A stretch of DNA of 64,000 bases from Octopus sinensis (GCF_006345805.1 NC_043017.1:4588001-4652000), one strand, 5' to 3'; shown: positions 27,580 to 38,460, numbered from the stretch's first letter. Notes: generated by a model not told the origin, from the sequence alone. Translations and numbers: made by a program.

Positions 27580-28025
27580 TGCTGGCAGAAACGTTAGCAC
27601 GCCGGGCGAAATGCTTAGCAGTATTTCGTCTGCCGTTACGTTCTGAGTTCAAATTCCGCCGAGGTCGACTTTGCCTTTCATCCTTTTGGGGTTGATAAAT
27701 TAAGTACCAGTTACGCACTGGGGTCGATGTCTGTCCTCTCTGTGTTTAACCCCTTGTGGGTAGTAAAGAAATAGGCATTTCGTCCGCTGCTGCGTTCTGA
27801 ATTCAAATTCCGCCGAGGTCGACTTTGCCTTTCATCCTTTTGGGGTCGATAAATTAAATACCAGTTATGCACTGGGGGCGATGTCTGTCCTCTCTGTGTT
27901 TAGCCCCTTGTGGGTAGTAAAGAAATAGGTATTTCGTCCGCTGCTGTGTTTGGAGTTCAAATTCTGCTGAGGTCAACTTTGCCTTTCATCCTTTTGGGGT
28001 CGATAAATTAAGTACCAGTTACGTA
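27580..28025 (+). repeat. Head-to-tail concatemer of SINE family B (154-bp period, ~2.7 units)
   Basis: G(T/C)ATTTCGTC recurs at 27621, 27775 and 27929. Units 1 and 2 share the same internal deletions. Confidence 0.9.
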
Positions 28026-29323
28026 CAGGCTTCCTCCGTATACACAACACAAATTATTAATCAAATGAATGTGAACTTAAAATTTGTAATTTCTCATCCA
28101 GGGCCAGACTCAAGGTATCGAAAGTGACGATAAGATCAATTCAAACTGAGCTGTTATGGAGGTCCTATGTTAAAGATAAACACGGTTAGACTTGAAATAT
28201 ATATTTATATGGAGCACAAAATACAGGAGGAAAAAATATAAGGAAAAACAACCTGTGTCTATCTACTTAACTACACCCCGTCTCTCTCTTTATATATATA
28301 TAAAATCAAAATAAGCAACAAGTATATCCGAGGTAGAGTAGTACAATTGTTTCATGCTACTTCATTTTATTCAACACTGTAAGTATTACATCAGTTTTAA
28401 AATGTCGAGCAATCTTCAGCCATTTATAGAATTTTCCAATCACATTCTTATCTCTATTTCATTTGCCGGTACCATATTCATCTGAATCTAAATTTTGCTG
28501 AACCTATATATATATATATATATATATGTTCTTTTATTCTTTGACTTGTTTCAGTCATTTGACTGTGGCCATGCTGGAACAACGCCTTTAGTCGAACAAA
28601 ATCGACCCTAAGACTTATTCTTTGTAATCCTAGTACTTATTTTATCAGTCACTTTTGCTGAACTGGTAAATTATGGGGACGTAAACACCAACATCGGTTG
28701 TCAAGCGATGGTGGGGAGACAAACAGACACACACACACATATGATGGGCTTCTTTCAGTTTCCACTTACCAAATCCACTCACAAGGCTTTAGTCATTCTG
28801 AGGTTATAGTGGAAGACTCTTGCCCAAGGTGCCACGCAGGGGGACTTTTATCTTTTACTTGCTAAACTCATTAGACTGCAGCCACCACATTGAAGAATTT
28901 TTAGCCAAATGAATCAACCTCAGAACTTATATATTTTTAAGCCTGATACATATTCTATCAGTCTCTTTTTGCTGAACTGCTAAGTTATGGGGATGTAAAC
29001 ACACCAATACCAGTTGTTAAGCATGGGTGGGAACAAACACACACAACAGATTTCTTTTCAGTTTCTGTCTACCAAAAGCGACTCGGTGCCACACCTTCAT
29101 CGGTGACCTCGAATCCATTGACATTTCATGGGATGAAGCTGAACTCGCTGTGGCTGACTGACCACGTTGGAGAAACCTTGCCACCCAATGCACCACACAG
29201 CGCAGGAGGACCTAAGACTAAGAAGAATCTGAATGCTAAAGGGTAAAGAGAATCTATTTCTGGTGTACCTCTCGTACATACTTTTCCAGTGTGTGTCACA
29301 TATACAGCTTACTTTATATTTTA

Positions 29324-29710
29324 ACTAGCAGCATCGCCCGGTGTTGCTTGGGTTTGTTTCGACCCTTTAGAATTGGAATTTTTGAAAAGTAAAAGTTTTG
29401 CATTATGTAACTTGTTATTCTCTTTAAGTAAACATTTTTCTGGTTGAAATACACCGAAAAATGGCGACACAGCAGTCAAAAAATCGTAAAAAATAGGAAT
29501 TTTCATAGAAAAAAAAAGCACCTTTTTGATGTAAATAATTTTTGGTGTTAACATGGTCCGATTTGAATTTTTTCTTCTACGGAAGGAAGAGCAAGCCTTC
29601 TTCTATCATACTCTCAATTTTGGTCAACTTGTGCTGCAGGGTCTCGGAGGAGATAGTGTTAGTTGAAGGCTACCAAATACAGACAACTTAAGCTTTATAT
29701 AGAGAGAGAC
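29324..29710 (+). mobile_element. Non-autonomous Helitron-like (DINE/Lep1-type) element
   Basis: Starts ACTAGCAGCATCGCCCGGTGTTGC and ends ACAGACAAC..CTTTATATAGAGAG. This architecture is typical of the class (from memory). Confidence 0.45.
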
Positions 29711-30049
29711 GGGATTCCACTACACCTCTTATGCCCATAACTTAATATTTGGTACAGTATATCAGGTTTATACCTACTCTTTTCCAACAGACTGAGCCAA
29801 GCCATTTCCCTGAAGAAACCAGCATCCTGTCTTCTTTCCAACTTACTAAAATCTTAGTCTTTGCTAAGCTTACCTTGAAGTCATTTGGTTCTAGGTTTAG
29901 CTTTCATGCCTGGAATTTCCTTTCTAATTCTACCATAGAATCAGTTAGAACTGGATTGTCGGGACTATAATAAATAAAAGGGGATTGGGGACAGAGTATT
30001 GATGGACTCCTACCTTCATGCTAAATTCATCACTGTAAAACCACTGTAG

Positions 30050-30200
30050 ACTCTCACTTTACTTACAGCCTCTTTGTACATAGATTGTACAGTCCTCATG
30101 AGCCGTTCGTCTATGCCTAGTTTCCTGAGTGAACACAAAATAACTGAATATAGAAACCTCTCAAGAGTCTTCACCAAGTCAACGAAAGCCAGGAATCATC
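30050..30200 (-). mobile_element. RTE LINE RT fragment
   Basis: LAFVDLVKTLERF..LRKLGIDERLMRTVQSMY corresponds to the AFVDLEKAFDRV..LRKLG motif. Confidence 0.65.
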
Positions 30201-30368
30201 AACTATTTTTGTTAGGATTTCATTTCAGTTTAATTATTGAAAGTAAATTTTGAATGAAGTTCATAAAATCTCATGAAGGAATTGTGATATGAATAAAAGA
30301 AATATGAAATGATATAAATCTTACCAACTTTGAAAGTATACATACTACACATTTTAAAGCAAAATATA

Positions 30369-31586
30369 CAAGGATTGGACAAAATAGTAGAAATACCACT
30401 TTTTATTTAATGGCTTTTTCCTATTGACAATATGACAAGTTCAAAACTGCCCTAGTCTGTATATACATTTTGAACGTCTTTCACTCTAGAGATTTTCTTT
30501 TTTTTTTTTTTAAAAGTTAAAATACATGACTTATATGATTTCCAAAGAGGACAAATTGTTAGAGTGGATGGCTGGAACTTCAGTCACTAAAACTACTGAA
30601 CTGTTTAATGTTACAAGAGGTACAGTCACTGAAATCATGTTGGCATTCAAAAACCGAAGCAGAATCAGCTCCAGAAAGCATAATTCTGATCGGAATGCAA
30701 AACTTGTAGAGGTACTGCTGTGTAGTGAAACATATTGTGACTAAGAACCATCAAACTACACCAGCTAAAGTGACTGCCGAGCTAAACCACCAAATTGCAA
30801 ACCTTGTGTCAACTAAAACTATTTGGTGTGAGCTCCATAAAGCTGGATAGCAAGGAGAGTTGCAATTGCTAAACTTTTCCTGTTCCCCATCAACACTGAT
30901 AAGAAGAAAAAACAGTGTTTAGACTGTCAGAAGCAGTCAACGGCTCAATGTCATCTCTGATGAATAATCATTCACCTTTTTTCCCCCACTTTGAGGTAAG
31001 TTTATGACTGGAGACAGCTCAAAGAAGCCGTCGTCCCATCCCTGATTGTTTGGCCTCTACCATGAAGCATGGAGGTGGCATGGTTTGGGTAGCTACATGA
31101 TAGAATTCTTTTACCCCTTCAGCTGATCTACATGGTAGAGTTAATACTAATGACTGAGTATTTTGACTGATCATGTAAATTCTAGCATACAAACACTGTT
31201 TCTTGATAGCAGCAGTCTTCAAGGACAACATTGCATCAATTCACATGGTTAATATTATTCAAAATTGATACAAAGAGTACAAAGATGATACAAACTATTT
31301 CAACTAGTCCCCATAATCACTGGATCCCAATATAATTGAACATTAAAGATGCACTTTGGAACAGCAAATGAGAAGCCACTTCCCTCTGCCATCATCACAA
31401 AAAGAGCTAAAGTAGATTTACTTAAAAACTGGTTTAAAATTCCCCTAAGAATTATCCAGAACCTATACAAGTCAATTCTTCAACAAATTGAAGCTGTGTT
31501 TGATGCTAAAGGTGGACCAATTCTGCATTTAATAATAAAACTTCCATTTAACAAGGATTTTTTTCTAATATTTTGACCAATCCCTG
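30369..31586 (+). mobile_element. Full-length degenerate Tc1 transposon
   Basis: ~28-bp imperfect TIRs (CAAGGATTGGACAAAATAGTAGAA / TTCTAATATTTTGACCAATCCCTG) with TA on both sides. The decayed transposase reads FQRGQIV..SVTKTTELFNVTRGTV..TTPAKVTAELN..KHGGG..FKDN..VFDAKGGP. Confidence 0.85.
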
Positions 31587-32003
31587 TAACACACATGTAA
31601 GACTGTATATAAAATATCCTGGTATGATGAAAGATGGTTTATATATTTATTTGCGACATCAATTATACAGTGACATGATCTCTGACATGAAAATGCATTT
31701 CTCAGTTATTTATCCACAATGTCAAATAAATCAAACGTCTCTTTTCTCCCTTCAGAAAATATGTCAGATGGAAAATAGATGAGTATTCTGAGACAACGAT
31801 TATATTTTTAACAACTTTATCTCACCAAGGTATATATTTATATATGTGGTTATATATGAAAGTCTTAGGAGACTTATCAAATTGTATTGTCTGTTTTTTT
31901 TTATAATATACGTTCATGGTTATATATTTTTTTTATTCATAGAATGACTCTTTTAGGACTGATTCTGTTACTCTTCTTTATGAATACGGTTGTGAGTATT
32001 TAA

Positions 32004-32224
32004 CCCCTTAGTGTTCAGATTACTCTGTTGATTGTAATACCTTTTCACTCAAATTGTTTTGAATTAATCATGCATTATCTTATAGCTTTGAGGTTTCAAC
32101 GATGTGATTGTTTATTTTTAGCATGACATTGTAGGTTAAGTGTGAGAGGCTAGATATCGCCAGTTTGAATATAAAACATGTAGAATATATTGGGCCGGAT
32201 TTGGCCGGTTTAAACACTAAAGGG
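32004..32224. mobile_element. piggyBac-type MITE inserted in the ZNF-5 terminal finger
   Basis: TIR CCC(C/T)TTAGTGTT / AACACTAAAGGG with TTAA duplicated at 32000-03 and 32225-28. A sister copy lies at 49226-49445. Confidence 0.85.
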
Positions 32225-33277
32225 TTAAGTGACTTCTTGAGAGAATGATTTACCATAGACATCATTGTGGTATTGCTTGTCTCTTGTATGAATTTGTTTG
32301 TGTGTAGTTAAGTTACCACTGTGAGAAAATGATTTACCACAGATATCACACTGATATGGCTTTTCCCTTGAATGAATGTTCCTGTGATTGGTTAAGTTAC
32401 CACTGTGAGAGAATGTTTTACCACAAACATCACAATGATATGGCTTTTCTCCTGTATGAATACGTTTGTGAGTAGTTAAGTAACCGATCTGAGAGAATGA
32501 TTTACCACAAATATCGCAGAGATATGGTTTCTCTCCTGTATGAATACGCTTGTGTCTAGTAAAGCTACTACTCTCAGAGAATGATATACCACAGATATCA
32601 CAATGATATGGTTTCTCTCCTGTATGAATACGTTTGTGAGTAGTTAAATGACTTGTTACAGAGAATGATTTACCGCAGATATCACACTGGTAGGGTTTCA
32701 CTCCTGTATGAATGTATTTATGTATTGTTACTTCACCATTTTGAGAGAATGATTTACCGCAGATGTCACAGTTGTATGGCTTCTCTCCGGTATGAAAGCG
32801 TTTGTGTATAGTTAAGCCACCACTTCCAGAAAACGATTTATCACAGATATCACACTGATATGGCTTCTCCCCTGTATGGGTACGTTTGTGTTTAGTCACC
32901 TCACCATTTTGTGAGAATGATTTACCACAGATATCACACTGATATGGTTTTTCGCCTGTATGAATACGTTTGTGAGTAGTTAAGGGACTTCTTTGAGAGA
33001 ATGAATTACCACAGATATCACAATGATATGGCTTCTCCCCTGTATGAATACGTTTGTGAGTAGTTAAGTTACTTCTTACAGAAAATGATTTACCACAGAT
33101 ATCACACTGATATGGTTTTACTCCTGTATGTATGCGTTTGTGAGTAATTAGGTGGCCTCTTTGAGAGAATGACTTTTTACACAAATCACATTGGTATGTT
33201 TTACTCTTCTCTTTCAGCATCTCATCTGGAAAGTCAATACTTTCAGACACCGTCTTACATTCAACTTCAGAATTCAT
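32225..33277 (-). CDS. C2H2 zinc-finger protein ZNF-5 (11 fingers plus a decayed 12th); ancestral ATG at 33284 is out of frame
   Basis: 11 intact fingers. Acceptor at 33636-33638. ATG33284 gives only MENEF*. Confidence 0.92.
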   Translation of the reverse strand: MNSEVECKTVSESIDFPDEMLKEKSKTYQCDLCKKSFSQRGHLITHKRIHTGVKPYQCDICGKSFSVRSNLTTHKRIHTGEKPYHCDICGNSFSQRSPLTTHKRIHTGEKPYQCDICGKSFSQNGEVTKHKRTHTGEKPYQCDICDKSFSGSGGLTIHKRFHTGEKPYNCDICGKSFSQNGEVTIHKYIHTGVKPYQCDICGKSFSVTSHLTTHKRIHTGEKPYHCDICGISFSESSSFTRHKRIHTGEKPYLCDICGKSFSQIGYLTTHKRIHTGEKPYHCDVCGKTFSHSGNLTNHRNIHSREKPYQCDICGKSFSHSGNLTTHKQIHTRDKQYHNDVYGKSFSQEVT

Positions 33278-34090
33278 TTTCCATATTTCCTTTCACTACA
33301 ATATATGGATGTGTTTCTTCTATTCAGTTTTACATTTTATTTTCCCATGGAATTTTATCCTTGCCAAGATCAGAAGATGCTGCCAACACTTTGGTAAATT
33401 CATTAAAACTTAATTAGAATGCAGAATCGGCTTGTACACAATTCAGACAGCAAACAGAGAAACTCTGCTATGAAACTCAGCTCAAAGGAAGTATTTCAAA
33501 ATAATTTAGCCATGGATTTCTAGAAACAGAGTTAATAACAGTTTGGTTTAACATATTCCATTAGTCTTTAAAATCTAAATACTGAGGATGCTGTGGAGGT
33601 AAAAATATTCTTTTCAGCCAATCTCATCTGATGTTCTGAAATAAAAAGAAACAGTATAAGACAGAGAAGGCAGTTAAATGGTAGGGATCTAACACCAGCT
33701 ATCTTGCTACATTTATCACTATACTGATAAACTGTCATTACAAACATTTACCAAGACCATTGGTCGTCAACCAGAGCCCACATAAGATTTTTTGGGGGGT
33801 CCACACAAGTAAAATAGTAAATTGAGTCCACAGTAATATCTTAAGGGTCCATGAAAAATATTTGCTTCAGATGTATTTATTGGAAGAGAATGTATGATAA
33901 AGAAAATAGAAATTTTGAAAGCAGTATCTACAAAATCGTGGAGGCACATGGCCTAGTGGTTAGAGCATTGGACTCGCGGTTAAGGGCTGGCGGGTTCGAA
34001 TCTCAGACCGAGCGATGTGTGTGTTTATGAGTGAAACAATATTAAAACAAAATTTGACATTCGTCATTTTTTCATTGGTCATATTGACAT

Positions 34091-34310
34091 AATGAGGTGT
34101 GCTGAAAAGTTTCTGGCTTTACAGTATCGCAAAAGGCTTGGTTGGAGGCCCAACATTACGAATTCTTTTACAGGGCTTGGAAAAACTGAAGGACCACTGC
34201 AATAAGTGTGTGTACTCGAAAGGGGAAAGTGTTGAATAAAATCATAATTAACTGATCCTCCTGTATTTTCTCTTACCCAAAAGCCAGGAACTTTTTAGCA
34301 CTCCCTCGTA
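34091..34310. mobile_element. Mariner-type MITE
   Basis: Imperfect TIR (ATGAGGTGTGCTGAAAAGTTTCTGGCTTT / AAAGCCAGGAACTTTTTAGCACTCCCTCGTA), ending in TA. Confidence 0.7.
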
Positions 34311-35442
34311 AATATAGATTGTCATTTCAAATATAATTTATGGAGAATTCATTTAGGAATTATGGACAATAATCATACATTACAAATTTTTAAAGAAAAT
34401 CAGATCATTATTTTTCCATGCACTATGATGGAGTGGATCAAAGAAAAATTGGGGAGACAGTAGACGTTTGTTATGCCATTGTAAAAACTGTTGTAAAGAA
34501 ACATCCATCAGAAAGAATACACTGTTTGAGAACAGTATATTAAAATTCTAACAAATAACTGAGATATTGTACATATTATCTATAGGAATTTATGCAAGAT
34601 AATAACAAAAAAGCTTCCAATAATGGTCGCTCGACTTGCAACAAATCACACACAACCGATCTCTCTACATTCGAGTCTTAAAAACAGAAAAATGCAGAAC
34701 TAAAGTCACAATTATAAACGATCTAATGCATTCACACCCTTCCTATCTTCCATAACGATATAATAAAAATATAGGAATGCAAAAAAGACCCATCCAAACT
34801 AGCCACAGTAGCGCATCCAAAAGAATAATTCTGCTGTCAGTTGGCGACCAGTTTGACAAAGTGAAAGTGGAATGTTGTAATTAAGAACTGGACTGTTGAA
34901 TGTAGGCGGGGAGGGCTTCGTGCAAAATGCATCGTTAATTACAGTAGGAAGCACCTTGGTATTTTAGTTATTTTACAACAGTTGTACCTTTTTTTAACTG
35001 ATCTTTCTTTATTAACCTAGAAAAGGTTTACATTGAGGGGGACATTGCAAGGACAGGCAAGAGACATTCAGGGTACAAGCACCTGCTTCTTACATAGAGT
35101 GTGGAAGAACGGATGGACTTACATATATTGTGGTTGGGGGTTAAACATGTATTATTATAAGCGAGGGCACAAAGATGAAGTGTTAAAGCTAATAATACCT
35201 CGAGATTGAAAATTGGTAGACGGGAATTAGGCAGAAGACCATCGCTTAAACGATGAGGCTTCGATGGTGATCTCTCTCTTCTGTAAGGAGAGGAGAAAAT
35301 GGCTTAGCAGAAGTAATTCCGGAAATGGAATTATTGGATTCTTATTGGTCGGTTTTACATCATGTGATTAAGATATTCTGTAACCGAGGAAGAAGGGGGA
35401 GTAAGAGGGAACTGTGTAGAGAGGAATTAATTATTTAACAAT

Positions 35443-35625
35443 TGTGTCTGGGGAGAGTCATTTTCGTGCCTTATAATTTAACACACCCACCGGTAAAATT
35501 TCCTGAAAAGGTTGCAAGACGCAACGAAAATTTTAGGACAATAAAAATAAGAAAAAAGTGGAAATTTTACCGGTGAGTGTGTTACATAATAAGGCACAAA
35601 AAGAAAATGACTCTCCCCAGACACA
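35443..35625. repeat. Inverted repeat, ~60-bp arms
   Basis: 35443-35503 pairs with 35560-35625, including a perfect 23-bp block and a 24/25-bp block. Confidence 0.9.
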
Positions 35626-35944
35626 GCAGAATATGCTTCAACACACGAACTCATATAAAGAATCTTGCAAACCAAATAATTATTTAACAATTGCTGAATA
35701 TCTAATTTATTATAAAACTTTCATAACTTTCATTCTCATAAGAGAACAAGAATTAGAAAGTATGTGAGAAAAATTCGATGTTAAAAGAATTTCCATACAT
35801 CCCTGCATTATGTCTAATCTTTAATATGAAATTTTAGGAGAGTCTCTTAACGCATAAATGTCTCAATTTTTGATTTAGAATGAGCTTTGTATTGTATAAA
35901 CGATTTCTAGTTTAGACAGAAGGTCACGAATTTTTATAAATTGC

Positions 35945-36470
35945 ATGAACCTTAGTTCATAGGAGAGTGGCGGGGCAATCTTGACTATGGTTTCAACTGA
36001 TAGCCGGATCCGTCTTACACGCCACAGCAGATGTCCGATAAAGTCACAGGTCAGCAATGCTTGGACATTGGACGAGGGCGTGATGGACGGTTTCATCGCT
36101 CTGCGCACACCTGAAATCACTTCCGTGCCTGTAAAGTTTATCTCGAACAGGCAGTGCCCCTCGGTAACATTTCCAGGCAAGGGATTTCTGGAAGTTATCC
36201 ATGGTTCCAGGCCCGGTTAGTTTGATCTTCGTCGACGCCCAGAGTTTTCCCGAGAACGTCGTCGCACTTTCCTGTCACTAACCCTCTATAGAACGCTAAA
36301 GTGGAACTACCATCGACCGCATTGCCCGCCTGGCGAGCATTTGACGGCACTCGAGGTGCCAAGGGCCCCTGCTCGGTCTACACAGCTCAGTCAAAGAGAC
36401 GAGCTGCGAGCTGTGGAAAACTGTGCCTGATAAACGGCGACCACGCCCTACGTTGCGCTAAGCTGGAGTA
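35945..36470 (+). ncRNA. Candidate structured non-coding RNA or structured 5' leader (unidentified)
   Basis: GC/CpG-rich island with at least 9 stems, several containing G-U wobbles. TTTATAAA at 35933-40. No recognisable ORF. The strand is not certain. Confidence 0.35.
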
Positions 36471-36774
36471 AGTATAATTAACGTATCAGCTGTCTTACCA
36501 TCTACAGTTACTTCCCCTTAAACTTCGCCTCTACCAATTCGTCCCCCCCCCACTCCCGCCAAAATTCTCTAGTCTCTTACATCAGTCGTTTTCCTTCCCT
36601 CCTCACAAATGCGAAGTAAGTTTCGCATTGTATTTTAACTTTTCGTCTATCAGAATTCAAAATTCAGAATTTTGGCAGATGTTCTATTTCTTTTTTTCCT
36701 CATCATCTCGGTAGAATACTGGCGATATTTGTCCAAGTGATAACATAACTTTTAGGTATAGTTTCGAACCTGTT

Positions 36775-36831
36775 GTTGCTACCGCGCTCTCCACCGTTTC
36801 ATTCATATAATCAGTGGTTGTTGCTAGGTAC
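36775..36831 (+). promoter_or_regulatory. RFX half-site motifs upstream of CC2D2A
   Basis: GTTGCTAGGTAC at 36820-31 (reverse of CCTAGCAAC, the CYTAGCAAY RFX motif) and GTTGCTACC at 36775. CpG-containing context 5' of a ciliary gene. Confidence 0.5.
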
Positions 36832-37174
36832 GCGCAGCTTGGCTCTCACCTTGTCATAAGCGAGTATTTTATATATTTTTGTTGCGTTTATATGAGTGTA
36901 TGTTTTTTATAAGCATTTGTATCTATATATGCAAGCATGTGTATATATATAATATATGTGTGTGTACAAAAACAATTTTACTTTTAACTGAAGGATTACT
37001 CACTACTTTTTGTAGAGTACATTTATTTTCGCAAGAGTGGTGACAATGACTTCGAAGTTTCGGCCTTCATCTAACTCTCTCTTGTAAATTCAAACGCACT
37101 CGTTCATTATATATAAAGAACGTGTACATTTGGGTTGGGTTTACAAAACCCGACAACATTACCCAATACGTTCT

Positions 37175-37222
37175 CTTAAGTCTATCTATCTACCAATGTA
37201 TCTACCTACCTACCTACCTATC

Positions 37223-37289
<67 letters not shown>

Positions 37290-37410
37290 ATCTACCCATC
37301 CATCCATCTCTGTCTACCCATCCATCTCTATCTACCCATCCATCCATCTCTATCTATCTATCTATCTATCTATTCCTATCTGTCTATCTGTCTGTCCATC
37401 CGTCCCTCTA
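37175..37410. repeat. (CTAT)n / (CCAT)n microsatellite
   Basis: Direct reading of the sequence. Confidence 0.95.
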
Positions 37411-37962
37411 TCTAACAACGCAAGTCACCTTTGGGGTTCGGATTGTTGTGTATACCAAACGTTCGAAAAATAGTCTTTCACAAGTATTTGTATCTATACA
37501 TACAAGCATGTGTGTGTGTATATATATAAATATATATATATGTGTGTGTGTACAAAAACAATTTTACATGAGACTGAAGAATTTACTCGCAGACTTAGCT
37601 AACTACGTGACTTCTACAATGTTTTTAAGCTTTGTATTGTCACTGTCAACCTTGTCTAAATATAATATATATTGTACTCGACTTAAAGGGATTGCCTGAC
37701 CCTTCAGTTAATATTTAACTATAATTTATATGTAACCATAGCCGTCTAAGAAACCTAAAGCAGGAAAAATAGCACTCGTATATTTGTCAATAGAGTGTAA
37801 ATATATATACACTTCGCTTAATATATGTATATATATAAATATTATGAAAGTAATAAAGTTAATATTTAAAATATATACTTCTGAAAAAATGATATTGGTA
37901 ACGAAAAAGTTACTCCCGAGTACGTATTCCAAGACGAAATGGTACCCCCCCCCCCCAAGACC

Positions 37963-38460
37963 TACAGATTAAAAAAAAAAAATTTTATTATTAAACATTT
38001 TCAAATTTCGGACACTGGTAGAATGTGTCATACAAAGCATCTTTTACTCTTAACATTTTTGAGAAAAATTCATATTTACGAAGTTATTTCACATTAAAGT
38101 TGTCCTATTTCGGTAGTTTCAACCAATCAATGATGTGTATTCAACTGAATAAAATTACTGCTGTTGCTTGTCAACAAAAACTTCTGGCGGTGTATATTTC
38201 GTTTGTCACTGTTATTTATGACAACCCTAAACCTAAAACCCTAACCCTAAAACCTTAAGCAGCAGTAATTTTATTCAGCTGAATACATATCATTGATTAT
38301 TTGAAATTACCAAAACACAAGAACTTTAACGTGAAATAACTTCGTAAATATAAGTTTTTCTCAAAAATGCTAAGAGTAAAAGATGGTTTATATGACACAT
38401 TCTACCAGTATACAAAGTTTGAAAGTGTTTAGTTATAAATAATTATTTTTTAAATCTGTA
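37963..38460. mobile_element. Foldback element: ~200-bp inverted arms around a telomere-like core
   Basis: 37963-38164 is the reverse complement of 38258-38460. The spacer contains AACCCTAAACCTAAAACCCTAACCCTAAAACC. Confidence 0.85.

Noticed and set aside
31741-31790. Sixth ZNF relic (TTCAG..TCAGATGGAAAATAGATGA, acceptor-like plus MENR*)
   Set aside because: No finger sequence follows on that strand; the similarity is too short.
36278-36285. Calling the island telomerase RNA because of CTAACCCT
   Set aside because: An 8-mer telomeric permutation can easily arise by chance in 500 nt. I found no U-rich/A-rich triple-helix pseudoknot, CR4/5 or H/ACA domain in the expected order. Kept only as a hypothesis.
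35960-36460. RNase P/MRP or 7SK identity (GGAAAGTG, ACGGATCCGGCTA, GGA 5' end)
   Set aside because: The putative CR-I and CR-V strands are not complementary (no P4). The 7SK GAUC-GAUC stem and the 3' hairpin plus U-tract are absent.
36468-36475. ATACTTAC on the minus strand as a U1 snRNA 5' end
   Set aside because: It is just the reverse complement of a GTAAGTAT donor; no U1 body follows.
37130-37699. 189-aa ORF and similar IYIY/CVCV/THTH ORFs
   Set aside because: Microsatellite translation artefacts.
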